From positions 186,001-250,000 of IMG/VR virus record IMGVR_UViG_3300043570_001980: DNA of 64,000 nt; one strand, 5' to 3'. The stretch's first letter is position 1. Every line of letters starts with the position of its first letter. The position numbers were made by a program, and so were the translations under genes. Under the pieces are notes generated by a model. It saw only the letters and a list, made by a program, of their open reading frames with translations. It made no database searches and was not told the DNA's origin. Below are positions 49,123 through 58,953 of this stretch, one piece after another.

Positions 49123-50384
49123 TGGCAGTCTCAATAGCACAATACGTTGATTTACTCTTTAAGAAACTGCAAGGTGTTGCAAAAACCGCCAACTCCTCGA
49201 CCAAGAGTGCGTCAAATGAAAGTATTGCTAGCCCACCGTTGTTGCGTGGCGATATTGTGTGGGTACAGTCAGATCAAATTGGAAATACTGCCCAGGCAAT
49301 TGCTGGAATTACCACTGCCTATAGAAATAGTGGAGCAATTGAATGTACTCCAGATACCACAGTCCCGCCTATTGGTGCCATCAGACCCACTTGGTTAACC
49401 AACGAAACGTACTGGATACCACAAGAATTTGGCTCTACCTGGTTGCCAAAAGTATTTGTTGGACCCAGCGCCGCTGCCAATATTGAAGCAACTGGTACAC
49501 AGATATTTTCTGCTGGTATTGGTGGTGTTGGCGAGTATTACTTTGATACACAAGCTGGAGTGTTAAACTTCATAGGCGAAACTATTCCCACGGTACTCAC
49601 AGCAGGAAATGTGGTTTATGTAGCGGGTTATCAATATTCTGGATTGATTGGAACTACAAATCTACCAGGAAATACCACAATTGGTAACTTGGTAATAGCA
49701 AATACTACCATAACCACCAATCAGGTAAATGGCAATATTATTCTAGAACCAACAGGAAACGGCTTTGCAATTATTGATACCACAACAGGCCTGGTATTGC
49801 CAGTTGGAAATACTGCTCAACGCCCAGCAAGCCCTGACCAAGGCACAATACGATACAACACCAACTCAACAGATGTAGAAGTTTGGGATGGCTCTCAATG
49901 GGCAGGAATTGGTGGTGCTGTGTCAGAAATCACCAATCAATACATCACAGGTGATGGTATTACCACAGTTTTTACACTGGATCAGAGCACCACTGCCGCT
50001 GCCATCATTGTCAGCACCAACGGTGTGGTGCAGTTTCCAGACGTTGCATACACAGTTGCTGGAAATTCGATTACATTTGCTGAACCTCCAATATCAACAG
50101 ACGTGATTGATGTTAGATTTACTGCATTGCTTACCACAATTAATGCTGTTACTAATGCATCAGGGCAAGAGCTCACAATAACTGTGCCCGGAGTGGTAAA
50201 TATAACAAACACACACAGTCTACAGTTACCTACATACACAGTTTCACAGGCCACCAGTCTAGGTAATGTTGCTAATGGTCAATTGATTTATGTCAGCAAT
50301 GGCGACAGCGGCAGTCCTTGTCTAGCTGTTTATGCCAACAGCGCCTGGAAACGTGTGTCTTTTGGCGCAAATATTAGTTCATAA
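49122..50384 (+). CDS. Fibre/structural protein
   Basis: 420 aa with LPVGNTAQRP..GTIRYNT and GDG..F..NGVVQ..YTV..FAEPP modules. Confidence 0.65.
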   Translation: MAVSIAQYVDLLFKKLQGVAKTANSSTKSASNESIASPPLLRGDIVWVQSDQIGNTAQAIAGITTAYRNSGAIECTPDTTVPPIGAIRPTWLTNETYWIPQEFGSTWLPKVFVGPSAAANIEATGTQIFSAGIGGVGEYYFDTQAGVLNFIGETIPTVLTAGNVVYVAGYQYSGLIGTTNLPGNTTIGNLVIANTTITTNQVNGNIILEPTGNGFAIIDTTTGLVLPVGNTAQRPASPDQGTIRYNTNSTDVEVWDGSQWAGIGGAVSEITNQYITGDGITTVFTLDQSTTAAAIIVSTNGVVQFPDVAYTVAGNSITFAEPPISTDVIDVRFTALLTTINAVTNASGQELTITVPGVVNITNTHSLQLPTYTVSQATSLGNVANGQLIYVSNGDSGSPCLAVYANSAWKRVSFGANISS

Positions 50385-50487
50385 TTCAACTACACTCAGT
50401 TAATTTTTCATGGTGTACCATAAATAGGTATAGTAAAACCTATTGGCGGTTCGATAGGTAGGAAAGAAGCCCTATTGGAGACCAAAA

Positions 50488-53400
50488 ATGGCCGTAACCA
50501 GAATTAAAAATAATCAGATTACTGATTCAACCATTGACGCCAACGTTAAACTTGTCAGCTACTCGGTAACGTCAGCTAAACTTGCCAACAACATCACTTA
50601 TGGTAGTGATTTTACTATTTCAGGTAATCTAGTAGTTAATGGCACCACAACCACAATTGACACAGTTAATGTCAGTATTCAAGATCCAATATTACTATTG
50701 GCAGACAATCAAACTGGATCTCCTTCACTGGACATTGGTTTCATTGGCAAACGCGGTAATAGTACAAACATTGCATTTGTCTGGAAAGAATCAGCCAGCC
50801 AGTTTGAAACTGTTTACACCAGCAGTGAAGTCACCAACACCACGGTCACTGTCACAAGTTTTGCAGATTTAAAAACATTCAATTTTACCGCTGCTGGTAA
50901 TGCCAACGTTGGCTCCAACGTTGTTATAGTCGGAACATCGACCTTGCAAGGCAACGTTATTGGCAATGTAACAAACTTCACAGGTAACATAGTTGCTGGA
51001 AACATTTCAACTCCAGGTTTAATCAACGCCACAGGCAACATCACCGGTGGTAATGTAACCACAGCAGGTATAGCCAACATTGGCACTCTAGAAGTAACTG
51101 GCAATGGTACTGTTGGAGGCACACTGGGTGTGACAGGTAACGCCACTGCGGGCAATGTGACCACAGTAGGTACAGCCAACATTGGCACACTGGCAGTAAC
51201 AGGTAATGGTACTGTTGCAGGCACATTGGGTGTGACAGGCAATGCCAACGTGGGCAATTTGGGCACAGCAGGACTAATTGTTGCCACAGGCAACATCACC
51301 GGTGGTAATGTAACCACAGCAGGTATAGCCAATATTGGCACTCTAGAAGTAACAGGCAACAGTAATGTAGCAGGCACATTGGGTGTAACAGGCAACGCCA
51401 CCGTGGGCAATTTAACCACAGCAGGCACAGCCAATGTTGGAACACTGATAGTAACTGGTAACAGTAACATTTCTGGCAACTTTGGTGTTTCAGGCAACAT
51501 TACTGGTAACAATTTAATTTCAATTAACGGAATCTACGGCAACGGTCTAAACATCACCGGCGATGCAGTGATCACTGGTAACTTGGCAGTTCAGGGCAAT
51601 TTAACCTATATCGACATTGAAGATTTACGTGTGTCAGATCCAATTATTCAATTGGGCGGTGGCGCCAATGGCAACGCTTTGGTTGCCAACGACGGATATG
51701 ATCGCGGTACACTATTATCATATTATACAACTGCCCAGGGCAATGCATTCATGGGCTGGGACAACAGCACTGGTAATATGTTTATTGCCAGCAACGTGGC
51801 AATAGCCAACGAAATTATTTCAGTCAACAGCTACGGAACATTACAAGGTGGTAGCTTGTATTTTGCTGATGGTAACATCACAGGCAACGCCAACGTTGGT
51901 AATTTAGGTAGTTCAGGACTAATTGTTGCCACAGGCAACATCACAGGCGGCAACTTGACCACAGTAGGTACAGCCAACATTGGCACCCTAGAAGTAACTG
52001 GCAATGGTACTGTTGCAGGCACACTGGGTGTAACTGGCAATGCCAACGTGGGCAACCTAGGCACAGCAGGACTAATTGTTGCCACAGGCAACATCACAGG
52101 TGGAAATGTAACCACAGTAGGTATTGCCAATATTGGCACACTGGCAGTAACAGGTAATGGTACTGTTGCAGGTACACTGGGTGTAACTGGCAATACCACA
52201 GTGGGTAATTTATCCAGCCTTGGCCATATAGATGTTGGAAATACATTAAGTGTTCTAGGCAATGCCAACGTGGGTAATCTAGGCACAGCAGGACTAATTG
52301 TTGCCACAGGCAACATCACTGGTGGTAACTTGACCACAGCTGGTCTATCAAGTCTAGGCAACATTCGAATCAGTGGTGATGATATCACTGACACCAACGG
52401 TCGTGTAAACTTTAACACAGCTGGCGCCGATGTTGACTTTGCAGTCAACGGCGACACAGTGGCCAACGTATTTTATGTAGATGCTGGAACAGACACAGCC
52501 AGTTTTGGCAATTCAGCTCAAACAGCCAATGCTCTTGTAGCATTTAATGCCGCAACCAGTATTGTTGTGCCAGTGGGTAACACACTACAGCGTCCAGCAA
52601 CTGGCGTAACTGGTATGATGCGTTTTAACACATCATCAGACAGTTTAGAATACTATGACAACAGTAAATGGACATCAGCAGGTACAACATTCACTGTTGT
52701 TGTGTCAGACCAATTCACTGGTAATGGCGTTGCAACAGCGTTCACACTCAGTGAAGATTCCACAACTGCCAGTACTATTGTTGCAATCAACGGTGTTGTA
52801 CAGATTCCAACCACAGCTTATTCTGTAACAGGCAATGCATTGACATTCACAGAAGCTCCGTTGTCAACAGACGTTATTGATGCACGTATTTTAACAACCA
52901 CTACCACAGTTACAGCACTTCAAAATGCCACAGGCTCTGCGCTGGTTGAAGCAGTTGACGGTCAAGCTGTAATTTCAGTCACTGGTAATATACTACCAAC
53001 TGCTAATTCAACGTTCTCATTGGGCAATGCAACAAGCTGGTGGTCAAGCCTGTATGTAGCTGGTAACACAATTTACCTAGGCAACCTACAGCTCAAAGCA
53101 GTGAATGGACAAATGGCATTCTATGCCGCAGACGGTACAACTCCTGCAACCATTGCCAGCTCAAGCGTTGACACAACAACCATTGCCAACGGTACCAGTG
53201 CAGTATCTGTTGTTACTTCAGGTGGTAACGTTCGTGCTAATATTGCAGGTGCAACAGTACAAACTCTAAGTGCAGGTGGCGCAAACGTCACAGGATATAT
53301 CACTGCAACAGGCAACATCACTGGCAACTATGTGCTAGGTAATGGTAGTCAGTTGACTGGTATTGATGCCACAAGTATACAAAACGGCAATGCCAACGTT

Positions 53401-54777
53401 AGAGCATTTGCCAATGGCAACGTCACTGTTAGCTCAGCTGGTACTGCCAACGTGCTGGTTGTGACCAGCTCAGGTGCCAACATTGCAGGTACATTGAATA
53501 CAGGTACTGGCAACGCCAACGTGGGCAACATTGGTGCAACCAATGCTGTGTTTACCAACATAAGTGGTAACTTAACTGGCAATGTAACCGGTACATTACT
53601 AACTGCTTCACAACCCAATATTACCACAGTTGGAACACTGGGTTCATTGTCAGTTAGTGGTAATATCACACCAGGTGGCATTGCTATGTCAACAGGTAAT
53701 GCCACAATTGGTAACCTGTATGTGTCAGGTACAACAACAATTGCGGGTAACATTACACAGGTATCAGGTAATTCAGGATCATTCTTTGGTAATGCATCCA
53801 CAGGTTTCAATGCCTTGTACGCTGGTTTGCCAGCTGGATTTACCTTGCTACCACAGTCTGTGGTCAACTTTGTATCACAGTTTGATAGTTATAGCCAGAT
53901 TAACAATCAGAACCAAAGTGCAGGTAACACAGCCACAACTGATTATGTATTAACTTCTGACAACGGCAATGACTCCACATACTACCTTGACATGGGTATT
54001 GCCAGTAGCACATATGACGGCGCTGTGGCTGTACTTGACAACGCCATGGGTACCTCGGTCACACCCAACGATGCTTACTTGTACACAACAGGTAATGTGG
54101 CCGCAGGTAATCCAAGTGATCTAGTGCTTGGTGCTATTGATGCAGGTGGACAAATTAGATTTGCGGTTGCTGGCAGTATGGCAGCCAACGTGGCAATGAA
54201 GCTGAATGCACCCAACACAACTTCTAGCAACACCACTACTGGTACTACTGTTATCACAGGTGGTGTTGGTATTTCAGGTGCGTTAAATGTTGGTGGTGCA
54301 ATTGGCACAAACAGCATTATCAACACAGGATCAAATGCCACTGGTAACATTGGATCAAGCTCAACATACTTTAATACTGTGTTTGCCAAAGCCACATCAG
54401 CTCAATACGCTGACTTGGCAGAGTACTACGAATCAGACGGTACTTACGAACCAGGTACTGTCATGATGTTTGGCGGATCAAAAGAAGTCACCATGGCTGG
54501 CACTAGCGCAAGTAGTGTAGCAGGTGTTATTTCTACAAATCCAAGTTACATCATGAACTCAGGACTGACAGCCGAATACACAGCAATAGTTGCGTTGACC
54601 GGTCGTGTTCCAACCAAGGTAGTTGGCACAGTCAAGAAAGGCGACATGATGATTTCTGCAGGTGCCGGACGTGCTTGTGCTTGTGCAAGTCCACAGATTG
54701 GCACAGTTATTGGTAAGGCACTAGCCGACTTTGATGGCGCAGAAGGCGTTATTGAAGTTGTTGTGGGTCGACTATAA
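50488..54777 (+). CDS. Long repetitive fibre protein with a C-terminal intramolecular-chaperone-like domain
   Basis: 1429 aa; many GNITGGNVTT/GTLGVTGN/ANVGNLG repeats; ends AQYADLAEYY..GVISTNP..VALTGRVP.KV.G.VKKGD (peptidase G2/IMC-like); TAAATA at 50421. Confidence 0.8.
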   Translation: MAVTRIKNNQITDSTIDANVKLVSYSVTSAKLANNITYGSDFTISGNLVVNGTTTTIDTVNVSIQDPILLLADNQTGSPSLDIGFIGKRGNSTNIAFVWKESASQFETVYTSSEVTNTTVTVTSFADLKTFNFTAAGNANVGSNVVIVGTSTLQGNVIGNVTNFTGNIVAGNISTPGLINATGNITGGNVTTAGIANIGTLEVTGNGTVGGTLGVTGNATAGNVTTVGTANIGTLAVTGNGTVAGTLGVTGNANVGNLGTAGLIVATGNITGGNVTTAGIANIGTLEVTGNSNVAGTLGVTGNATVGNLTTAGTANVGTLIVTGNSNISGNFGVSGNITGNNLISINGIYGNGLNITGDAVITGNLAVQGNLTYIDIEDLRVSDPIIQLGGGANGNALVANDGYDRGTLLSYYTTAQGNAFMGWDNSTGNMFIASNVAIANEIISVNSYGTLQGGSLYFADGNITGNANVGNLGSSGLIVATGNITGGNLTTVGTANIGTLEVTGNGTVAGTLGVTGNANVGNLGTAGLIVATGNITGGNVTTVGIANIGTLAVTGNGTVAGTLGVTGNTTVGNLSSLGHIDVGNTLSVLGNANVGNLGTAGLIVATGNITGGNLTTAGLSSLGNIRISGDDITDTNGRVNFNTAGADVDFAVNGDTVANVFYVDAGTDTASFGNSAQTANALVAFNAATSIVVPVGNTLQRPATGVTGMMRFNTSSDSLEYYDNSKWTSAGTTFTVVVSDQFTGNGVATAFTLSEDSTTASTIVAINGVVQIPTTAYSVTGNALTFTEAPLSTDVIDARILTTTTTVTALQNATGSALVEAVDGQAVISVTGNILPTANSTFSLGNATSWWSSLYVAGNTIYLGNLQLKAVNGQMAFYAADGTTPATIASSSVDTTTIANGTSAVSVVTSGGNVRANIAGATVQTLSAGGANVTGYITATGNITGNYVLGNGSQLTGIDATSIQNGNANVRAFANGNVTVSSAGTANVLVVTSSGANIAGTLNTGTGNANVGNIGATNAVFTNISGNLTGNVTGTLLTASQPNITTVGTLGSLSVSGNITPGGIAMSTGNATIGNLYVSGTTTIAGNITQVSGNSGSFFGNASTGFNALYAGLPAGFTLLPQSVVNFVSQFDSYSQINNQNQSAGNTATTDYVLTSDNGNDSTYYLDMGIASSTYDGAVAVLDNAMGTSVTPNDAYLYTTGNVAAGNPSDLVLGAIDAGGQIRFAVAGSMAANVAMKLNAPNTTSSNTTTGTTVITGGVGISGALNVGGAIGTNSIINTGSNATGNIGSSSTYFNTVFAKATSAQYADLAEYYESDGTYEPGTVMMFGGSKEVTMAGTSASSVAGVISTNPSYIMNSGLTAEYTAIVALTGRVPTKVVGTVKKGDMMISAGAGRACACASPQIGTVIGKALADFDGAEGVIEVVVGRL
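51025..52340 (+). repeat. Degenerate in-frame tandem repeats in the fibre shaft
   Basis: Repeated DNA blocks such as GCCACAGGCAACATCAC(C/A/T)GG and GGCACAGCAGGACTAATTGTTGCCACAGG. Confidence 0.85.
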
Positions 54778-54793
54778 TCAACTGACAAAGAAC

Positions 54794-54825
54794 AAAATAG
54801 GGCCGCAGGTTGGCCCTATTTTTTT
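54794..54825 (+). terminator. Rho-independent terminator followed by a late promoter
   Basis: AAAATAGGGCC-GCAGGTT-GGCCCTATTTTTTT; TAAATA at 54829-54834. Confidence 0.88.
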
Positions 54826-54854
54826 GACTAAATATTAGATCAAATGGTGGACAC

Positions 54855-56012
54855 ATGGGTTTAACAAGGATATCAGCACAACAAATTTCAGACATTGATT
54901 ACAAGCAAGCGGTGCGTGTGATCACAGTTTCAAATGTTACATTAAGTGGCGGCGCCCCTGCTTCTGTTGACGGTGTTTCTTTGGCAACAAATGATAGGAT
55001 TCTTGTTGCTGGACAAACAACTGGCAGTCAAAATGGATTGTACGTGGTACAAACAGTAGGCAGCGGATCGTCGGGAACCTGGATTAGATCCACAGACAGC
55101 AATACAACTGGAGAATTAGAAGCCGGTACCATTGTAATGGTCACCGAGGGCAATGTTTACAAAGACACTCAATGGAAACTTACCACCAATAATCCCATTG
55201 TGCTTGGAACCACTGCACTTACATTTGAGCAAAATTCAGCGTTTGCATTTGGCAATATCTATGCCAACAGTACCGCGGTGCTGGCAAACACAGTTGGTGA
55301 TACACTGACATTGACCGCTGGTAATAATATTTCCATTACCGGAAATGCGGCAGCCAAGTCAGTGACCATTGGAGTCACTGGCATCAGTTTAAATTCTATC
55401 AGCAACGGTACAAGTAACGTTAATGTGGTCAGCTCAAATGGCAACATCACAATCAGTGTTGCCGGCACCAGTAATGTTGCAGAATTTTCTTCAACAGGAG
55501 TATATGTCCCGGGCGCAATATCAACATTGGGCAATATGACTATTGGTTCATCGTTGACTGTAGGACGTATAAACTCTAATCTTATTCCAGTAACTGACGT
55601 GATCTATAGTTTAGGAAATGCAACCCATCGTTGGAGCAACTTATATCTAGCAGGCAATACCATTTATCTAGGCAACAGTATTATTACTGAAAATGCAAAT
55701 GGTGACGTTGTTATTGATAACACAGGTAGTTTTGCGGTACCTGTGGGATCAACCCTACAGCGTAGTGCAGTTCAAGGTGCCATACGCTATAATACCACAG
55801 CCGGCGTGTTTGAAACCTACGACGGCGTAGGCTGGAACTCCTTAGCATATGGAACAGCCACAGATCTCCCGTTTGGTGACTACGGTAGTGTAAGTGATGT
55901 AGCTACAACTGATGCGTTTGGTGTGTCTGTAACATCCACGTTTGATTGTGGTGCCGAAGGACCAATTAGTTACAACGATTTAGCCACAGGCGAAGCCTAT
56001 GTTGGCGCATAA
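54855..56012 (+). CDS. Fibre/head-decoration-like structural protein
   Basis: DYKQAVR..LSG..VDGVSL..DRILV.GQT..QNGLY N-terminal module common in phage fibres. Confidence 0.7.
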   Translation: MGLTRISAQQISDIDYKQAVRVITVSNVTLSGGAPASVDGVSLATNDRILVAGQTTGSQNGLYVVQTVGSGSSGTWIRSTDSNTTGELEAGTIVMVTEGNVYKDTQWKLTTNNPIVLGTTALTFEQNSAFAFGNIYANSTAVLANTVGDTLTLTAGNNISITGNAAAKSVTIGVTGISLNSISNGTSNVNVVSSNGNITISVAGTSNVAEFSSTGVYVPGAISTLGNMTIGSSLTVGRINSNLIPVTDVIYSLGNATHRWSNLYLAGNTIYLGNSIITENANGDVVIDNTGSFAVPVGSTLQRSAVQGAIRYNTTAGVFETYDGVGWNSLAYGTATDLPFGDYGSVSDVATTDAFGVSVTSTFDCGAEGPISYNDLATGEAYVGA

Positions 56013-56037
56013 ATATAACAGTAGATAAGGATAATTC

Positions 56038-57870
56038 ATGCCAACCGTAGTTCAATTTAGACGAGGAACAACTGCACAAAACAACAATTTTCTCGGAGCC
56101 AACGGAGAAATTTCCGTTGACACAGATCTTCATGTTTTACGCATTGCTGACGGAGCCACTGTTGGTGGATTTGCATTGGTTGGACAAAATTGTGTTCAAA
56201 CTATAGCTAACAAAACATACACCGGGGCATCGCTTAGTGTAACTGGCAACGTATCAGGTAATTACATTTTAGGCAATGGTAGTCAACTAACTGGTATTGA
56301 TGCTACAAGTATTCAAAGTGGAACAAGTAATGTCAGAGTTGTTAGTTCTGGCGGCAATGTCACAGTAGGGATTAACGGGACTAGCAACGTAGTTGTTGTG
56401 TCATCCACAGGAGCCAACGTTGCAGGTACACTAGGTGTAACCGGAAATATCACAGGCAGTTACATCTTGGGTAATGGTAGCCAACTAACCGGTATTGATG
56501 CAACCAGCATTCAGAGTGGTACATCTAACGTTAGAGTTGTAAGCTCAGGCGGAAACGCCACGGTTAGCATTGGTGGAACATCAAATGTGGCAGTATTTGC
56601 CTCAACAGGTGCGTATGTAACCGGTGTTATAAGCGCCACAGGTAATATTAGTGGTAACAACATCTCTGGTACATTAACAACTGCAAGTCAGCCAAATATT
56701 ACTGCTGTGGGAACTTTAGGTTCATTGGCTGTTAGTGGCAACATTACCCCAGGAGGCATTGCTATGTCAACTGGTAATGCCACAATTGGTAACTTGTATG
56801 TGTCAGGCACAACAACAATTGCAGGTAACATTGTACAGGTATCTGGCAACTCAGGTCAGTTCTTTGGTAATTCGTCAACTGGTTTCAATGCATTGTATGC
56901 TGGGTTGCCAGCAGGATACACACTACTGCCACAATCCGTAGTTAACTTTGTATCACAGTTTGATGATTACTCTCAAATTAACAATCAAAACCAAAGTGCA
57001 GGTAACACAGCCACAAGTGACTGGGTATTGACTTCTAACAACGGCAATGATTCAACATATTATGCTGACTTTGGTATTGCTAGTAGTACATATGACGGCG
57101 CCGTGGCAGTTCTTAACAACGCCATGGGTAACTCAGTTACTGCCAATGACGCTTATTTGTATGTTACGGGTAACGTGGCAGCTGGCAATCCAAGTGACCT
57201 AGTACTTGGTGCCATTGATGTTGGTGGACAAATAAGATTCCCAGTTGGCGGCAGTACGGCAGCCAATGTGGCAATGAAACTGAATGCACCCAACACAACC
57301 TCCAGTTCAACCACAACTGGTACTGCTGTTATCACAGGCGGAGTCGGAGTGTCAGGTGCGCTTAATGTTGGTGGTACTATTGGCACAAACAATATTATCA
57401 ACACAGGATCAAATGCCACTGGTAACATTGGCAATTCAACTACCAGCTTCAACACAGTATTTGCCAAGGCCACATCTGCACAGTATGCTGACGTTGCAGA
57501 AAAATATGTAGCTGATAAAATTTATCCACCGGGTACTGTTGTTGAGTTTGGTGGCGAAGCAGAGGTAACAATTACCACTGTTTCTAGCAGTCCAGCAGTG
57601 GCTGGCATTATCTCCACAAATCCTGCATTTATAATGAATGCAGGAGAAAATAATGTTAATGCAGTTTTGGTTGCCCTGTTAGGAAGAGTTCCTTGCCGTG
57701 TGGTTGGCGATATCAAAAAAGGAGATCGACTGGTTTCTAGTGATATTCCTGGAGTTGCTAAAAAATTAAATCCTGCTGAGTATCAGCCAGGATGTATTCT
57801 TGGTAAAGCGTTGGAAAACTATTCAAGTTCTGAACCAGGAGTAATCGAAGTCATAGGAGGACGTTTATGA
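56038..57870 (+). CDS. Fibre protein with an Mtd-like N-terminus and a C-terminal chaperone-like domain
   Basis: VQFRRGTTAQ..GEISVDTD..DGATVGG N-terminus; ~280 aa region paralogous to the 1429 aa fibre; ends AQYADVAEKY..ALLGRVP. Confidence 0.75.
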   Translation: MPTVVQFRRGTTAQNNNFLGANGEISVDTDLHVLRIADGATVGGFALVGQNCVQTIANKTYTGASLSVTGNVSGNYILGNGSQLTGIDATSIQSGTSNVRVVSSGGNVTVGINGTSNVVVVSSTGANVAGTLGVTGNITGSYILGNGSQLTGIDATSIQSGTSNVRVVSSGGNATVSIGGTSNVAVFASTGAYVTGVISATGNISGNNISGTLTTASQPNITAVGTLGSLAVSGNITPGGIAMSTGNATIGNLYVSGTTTIAGNIVQVSGNSGQFFGNSSTGFNALYAGLPAGYTLLPQSVVNFVSQFDDYSQINNQNQSAGNTATSDWVLTSNNGNDSTYYADFGIASSTYDGAVAVLNNAMGNSVTANDAYLYVTGNVAAGNPSDLVLGAIDVGGQIRFPVGGSTAANVAMKLNAPNTTSSSTTTGTAVITGGVGVSGALNVGGTIGTNNIINTGSNATGNIGNSTTSFNTVFAKATSAQYADVAEKYVADKIYPPGTVVEFGGEAEVTITTVSSSPAVAGIISTNPAFIMNAGENNVNAVLVALLGRVPCRVVGDIKKGDRLVSSDIPGVAKKLNPAEYQPGCILGKALENYSSSEPGVIEVIGGRL

Positions 57871-58541
57871 ATATTACCAACAGATATCGTGCTGATTACA
57901 CCGGAGAATTTGTAGTTACAAATTTAGTCTGGGCTGGCAACCAAAAACATCAAACAAGAGAATGGTTACCTAACCCAATTGAAAACCAACATATTTCAGG
58001 TCGTGCCGCAGTCATTGGCAGCGTACTTGATCAGGAACAATTTGATTTTAAAAAGCTAGAAAAACACAAAGGTGGATTACTAGGACAAAAAAAATTACAA
58101 ACATACGGATCAGGAGATTTGTGGAAGTCAATGAAATTTGATTTTTATGTCACTTCCTCAGACAGTCACTTACAAGAAGTTAATGCAACAGGATATTCAG
58201 AACAAAATATTGTCTATACAACAGCAAAAAATGTTTCTAAGTATCCAGGTAAATTTTATCTAGTGCCACACATTGGACGCCTTGATGAACTGGCAATGGC
58301 AGTTTATCTTGCGGCATTTGATGGCCACAACGAAGTATTCTTATTTGGGTATAACAATGACACTCATGATATAGCTGGTAGAATTACCTGGAAAGAACAT
58401 GTTAACTCAATTTTTGCGGCTTATAAAACAACAGAATTTATATTAGTTGGAACAGAAACAAATATGCCAGACATGTGGAAGAACAACAGAAATGTAAGTT
58501 GCCAAAATTTTAGACAATTTATTACTTACTGTGACGTGTAA
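57867..58541 (+). CDS. Rossmann-like GT/Maf-like protein (paralog 2, degenerate)
   Basis: RAAVIGS..LQTYGSGDLW..DFYV..AVYLAAFDGHNEVFLFGY aligns by eye with the 45130 protein. Confidence 0.45.
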   Translation: MNITNRYRADYTGEFVVTNLVWAGNQKHQTREWLPNPIENQHISGRAAVIGSVLDQEQFDFKKLEKHKGGLLGQKKLQTYGSGDLWKSMKFDFYVTSSDSHLQEVNATGYSEQNIVYTTAKNVSKYPGKFYLVPHIGRLDELAMAVYLAAFDGHNEVFLFGYNNDTHDIAGRITWKEHVNSIFAAYKTTEFILVGTETNMPDMWKNNRNVSCQNFRQFITYCDV

Positions 58542-58953
58542 CAGTTTTTTTTAACGTATCAATTTTATTTTGTACTGCTTCAAAATTAACAGTTGACCAC
58601 AACCCAGGGTGCATGGGCCTAGGCCATGTGCCCGTGTCTATCCAGGCATATCCTATGTGTTCATGATTGAGAGTTGGTTTGAATTCTTCAGCAACACAGC
58701 AGAAAAATGTATGATAGCAAAATAATCCATCAGCACTGGTAAATTGTTCCAAGGGAATTAATTTAAAGTGAAAGGGAAAAAATCCAAGCTCTTCGGTGCA
58801 TTCCCTGTGCATTGTATCTAGTAGAGTTTCGTTAAGTTCTGTTTTACCACCAGGTAATCCCCAGGTGTTTGGATGTTTAGGATCGTCTCTTAACAAATAC
58901 AAATACCTTTGAGTGTCTAAACTATAAAACCAAATACCAACAGCATTGATCAT
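58522..58953 (-). CDS. Nudix hydrolase
   Basis: Nudix box GGKTELNETLLDTMHRECTEELG; LNHEH.GYAW. Confidence 0.88.
   Translation of the reverse strand: MINAVGIWFYSLDTQRYLYLLRDDPKHPNTWGLPGGKTELNETLLDTMHRECTEELGFFPFHFKLIPLEQFTSADGLFCYHTFFCCVAEEFKPTLNHEHIGYAWIDTGTWPRPMHPGLWSTVNFEAVQNKIDTLKKTVTRHSK

Noticed and set aside
50814-54788. Long antisense ORFs (172-232 aa) opposite the fibre gene, and similar ones opposite the tape measure and acidic genes
   Set aside because: Shadow frames produced by repetitive, codon-biased sense genes; no SD or promoter support.
53590-57870. Diversity-generating retroelement (Mtd-like N-terminus plus duplicated fibre segment)
   Set aside because: Both copies are inside long ORFs, differences are not confined to adenines, the repeat is much longer than a TR/VR pair, and there is no reverse transcriptase in the window.
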